Shown: positions 63,555-64,000 of the stretch, piece after piece
How the letters are laid out: every line of letters starts with the position of its first letter
Numbering within the stretch: position 1 is the stretch's first letter
NCBI RefSeq assembly: GCF_018977255.1
Contig: NW_024704742.1
Span: 87,918,001 to 87,982,000 of the forward strand
From: Callorhinchus milii
Lineage: Eukaryota
Direction of reading: 5' to 3'
Length of the DNA: 64,000 nt
The notes under the pieces: generated by a model
The model's database searches: none
What the model was told of the DNA's origin: nothing
What the model saw: only the letters and a program-made list of their open reading frames with translations
Made by a program: the position numbers and the translations under genes

Positions 63555-63830
63555 GAGTATAGAGTATAAATTCAGAACAAATCTATGGAACTACTTCAGT
63601 GAGAGAGTAGTAAACTTGTGAAACAGGCTCCCTAGGGAGACAGTGGAAGCAGAAAATGTCATTTGTTTCAAGAACAAATTAGATAGATTTGTGCAAGAAA
63701 TTAATATCTCGGGTTACAGTGTATAGTTTGGGACATGACATGTCAAGCGACCCCCAGAAGGGTGGAAGCCGAACTAGATGGACATTGGTATTTTTTCACC
63801 TAGCAAATTCTTTTGTTCATATGTAAAGTA
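63555..63830 (+). mobile_element. CR1 3' fragment
   Basis: gagagtagtaaacttgtgaaacaggctccc..gtggaagcagaa..ttcaagaacaaattagatagattt...gaactagatggac. Confidence 0.6.
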
Positions 63831-64000
63831 ACGTTTGAGTTCACACATTTAGCTGAGACATATTCCTGTTGGTAGATAGCAGGAACGTCCAGGGCCAGCA
63901 ACCAACACTGTGTTCATCTGGCCAGTCTGAAAGTATAACCTCTTTTTTAAAAAAAAATCCTAACTGCTATCTCTCTCAATTAAACTTTTCTCCAATTAGT

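Noticed and set aside
1..64000. CRISPR arrays, operons or other prokaryotic systems
   Set aside because: The sequence is spliced vertebrate DNA. The recurring motifs are dispersed SINE and LINE tails, not repeat-spacer arrays.

Overview
Vertebrate genomic DNA. The repeat complement (L2 and CR1 LINEs, tRNA-headed and Deu-domain SINEs with (ATT)n tails) suggests a cartilaginous fish, probably a chimaera; this is inference. Two genes lie on the minus strand. (1) RFX3: 12 coding exons from the winged-helix DNA-binding domain (63493) to the stop codon (36024), all GT-AG and frame-consistent (1704 nt, 567 aa plus stop), with a putative ~9 kb 3'UTR ending near an AATAAA at 26867-26872. The 5' exons are outside the window. 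(2) Downstream, three exons (126, 107 and 105 bp) of a CARM1/PRMT4 paralogue (carm1l) that the ORF track mostly misses. Splice sites and frame are intact, but three conserved methyltransferase residues are substituted (mouse CARM1 Y154, M163 and R169 equivalents read H, T and G), which suggests a pseudo-enzyme or an incipient pseudogene. The rest is transposon-rich. It includes a TSD-flanked hAT element, a TA-flanked Tc1/mariner MITE nested in a SINE, an R4/Dong-like retroelement relic, a Penelope-type hammerhead ribozyme relic on the sense strand of the putative RFX3 3'UTR, and a templated-insertion DNA repair scar. All homologies were recognised by eye from recalled sequences; no database search was run, and repeat boundaries are approximate.
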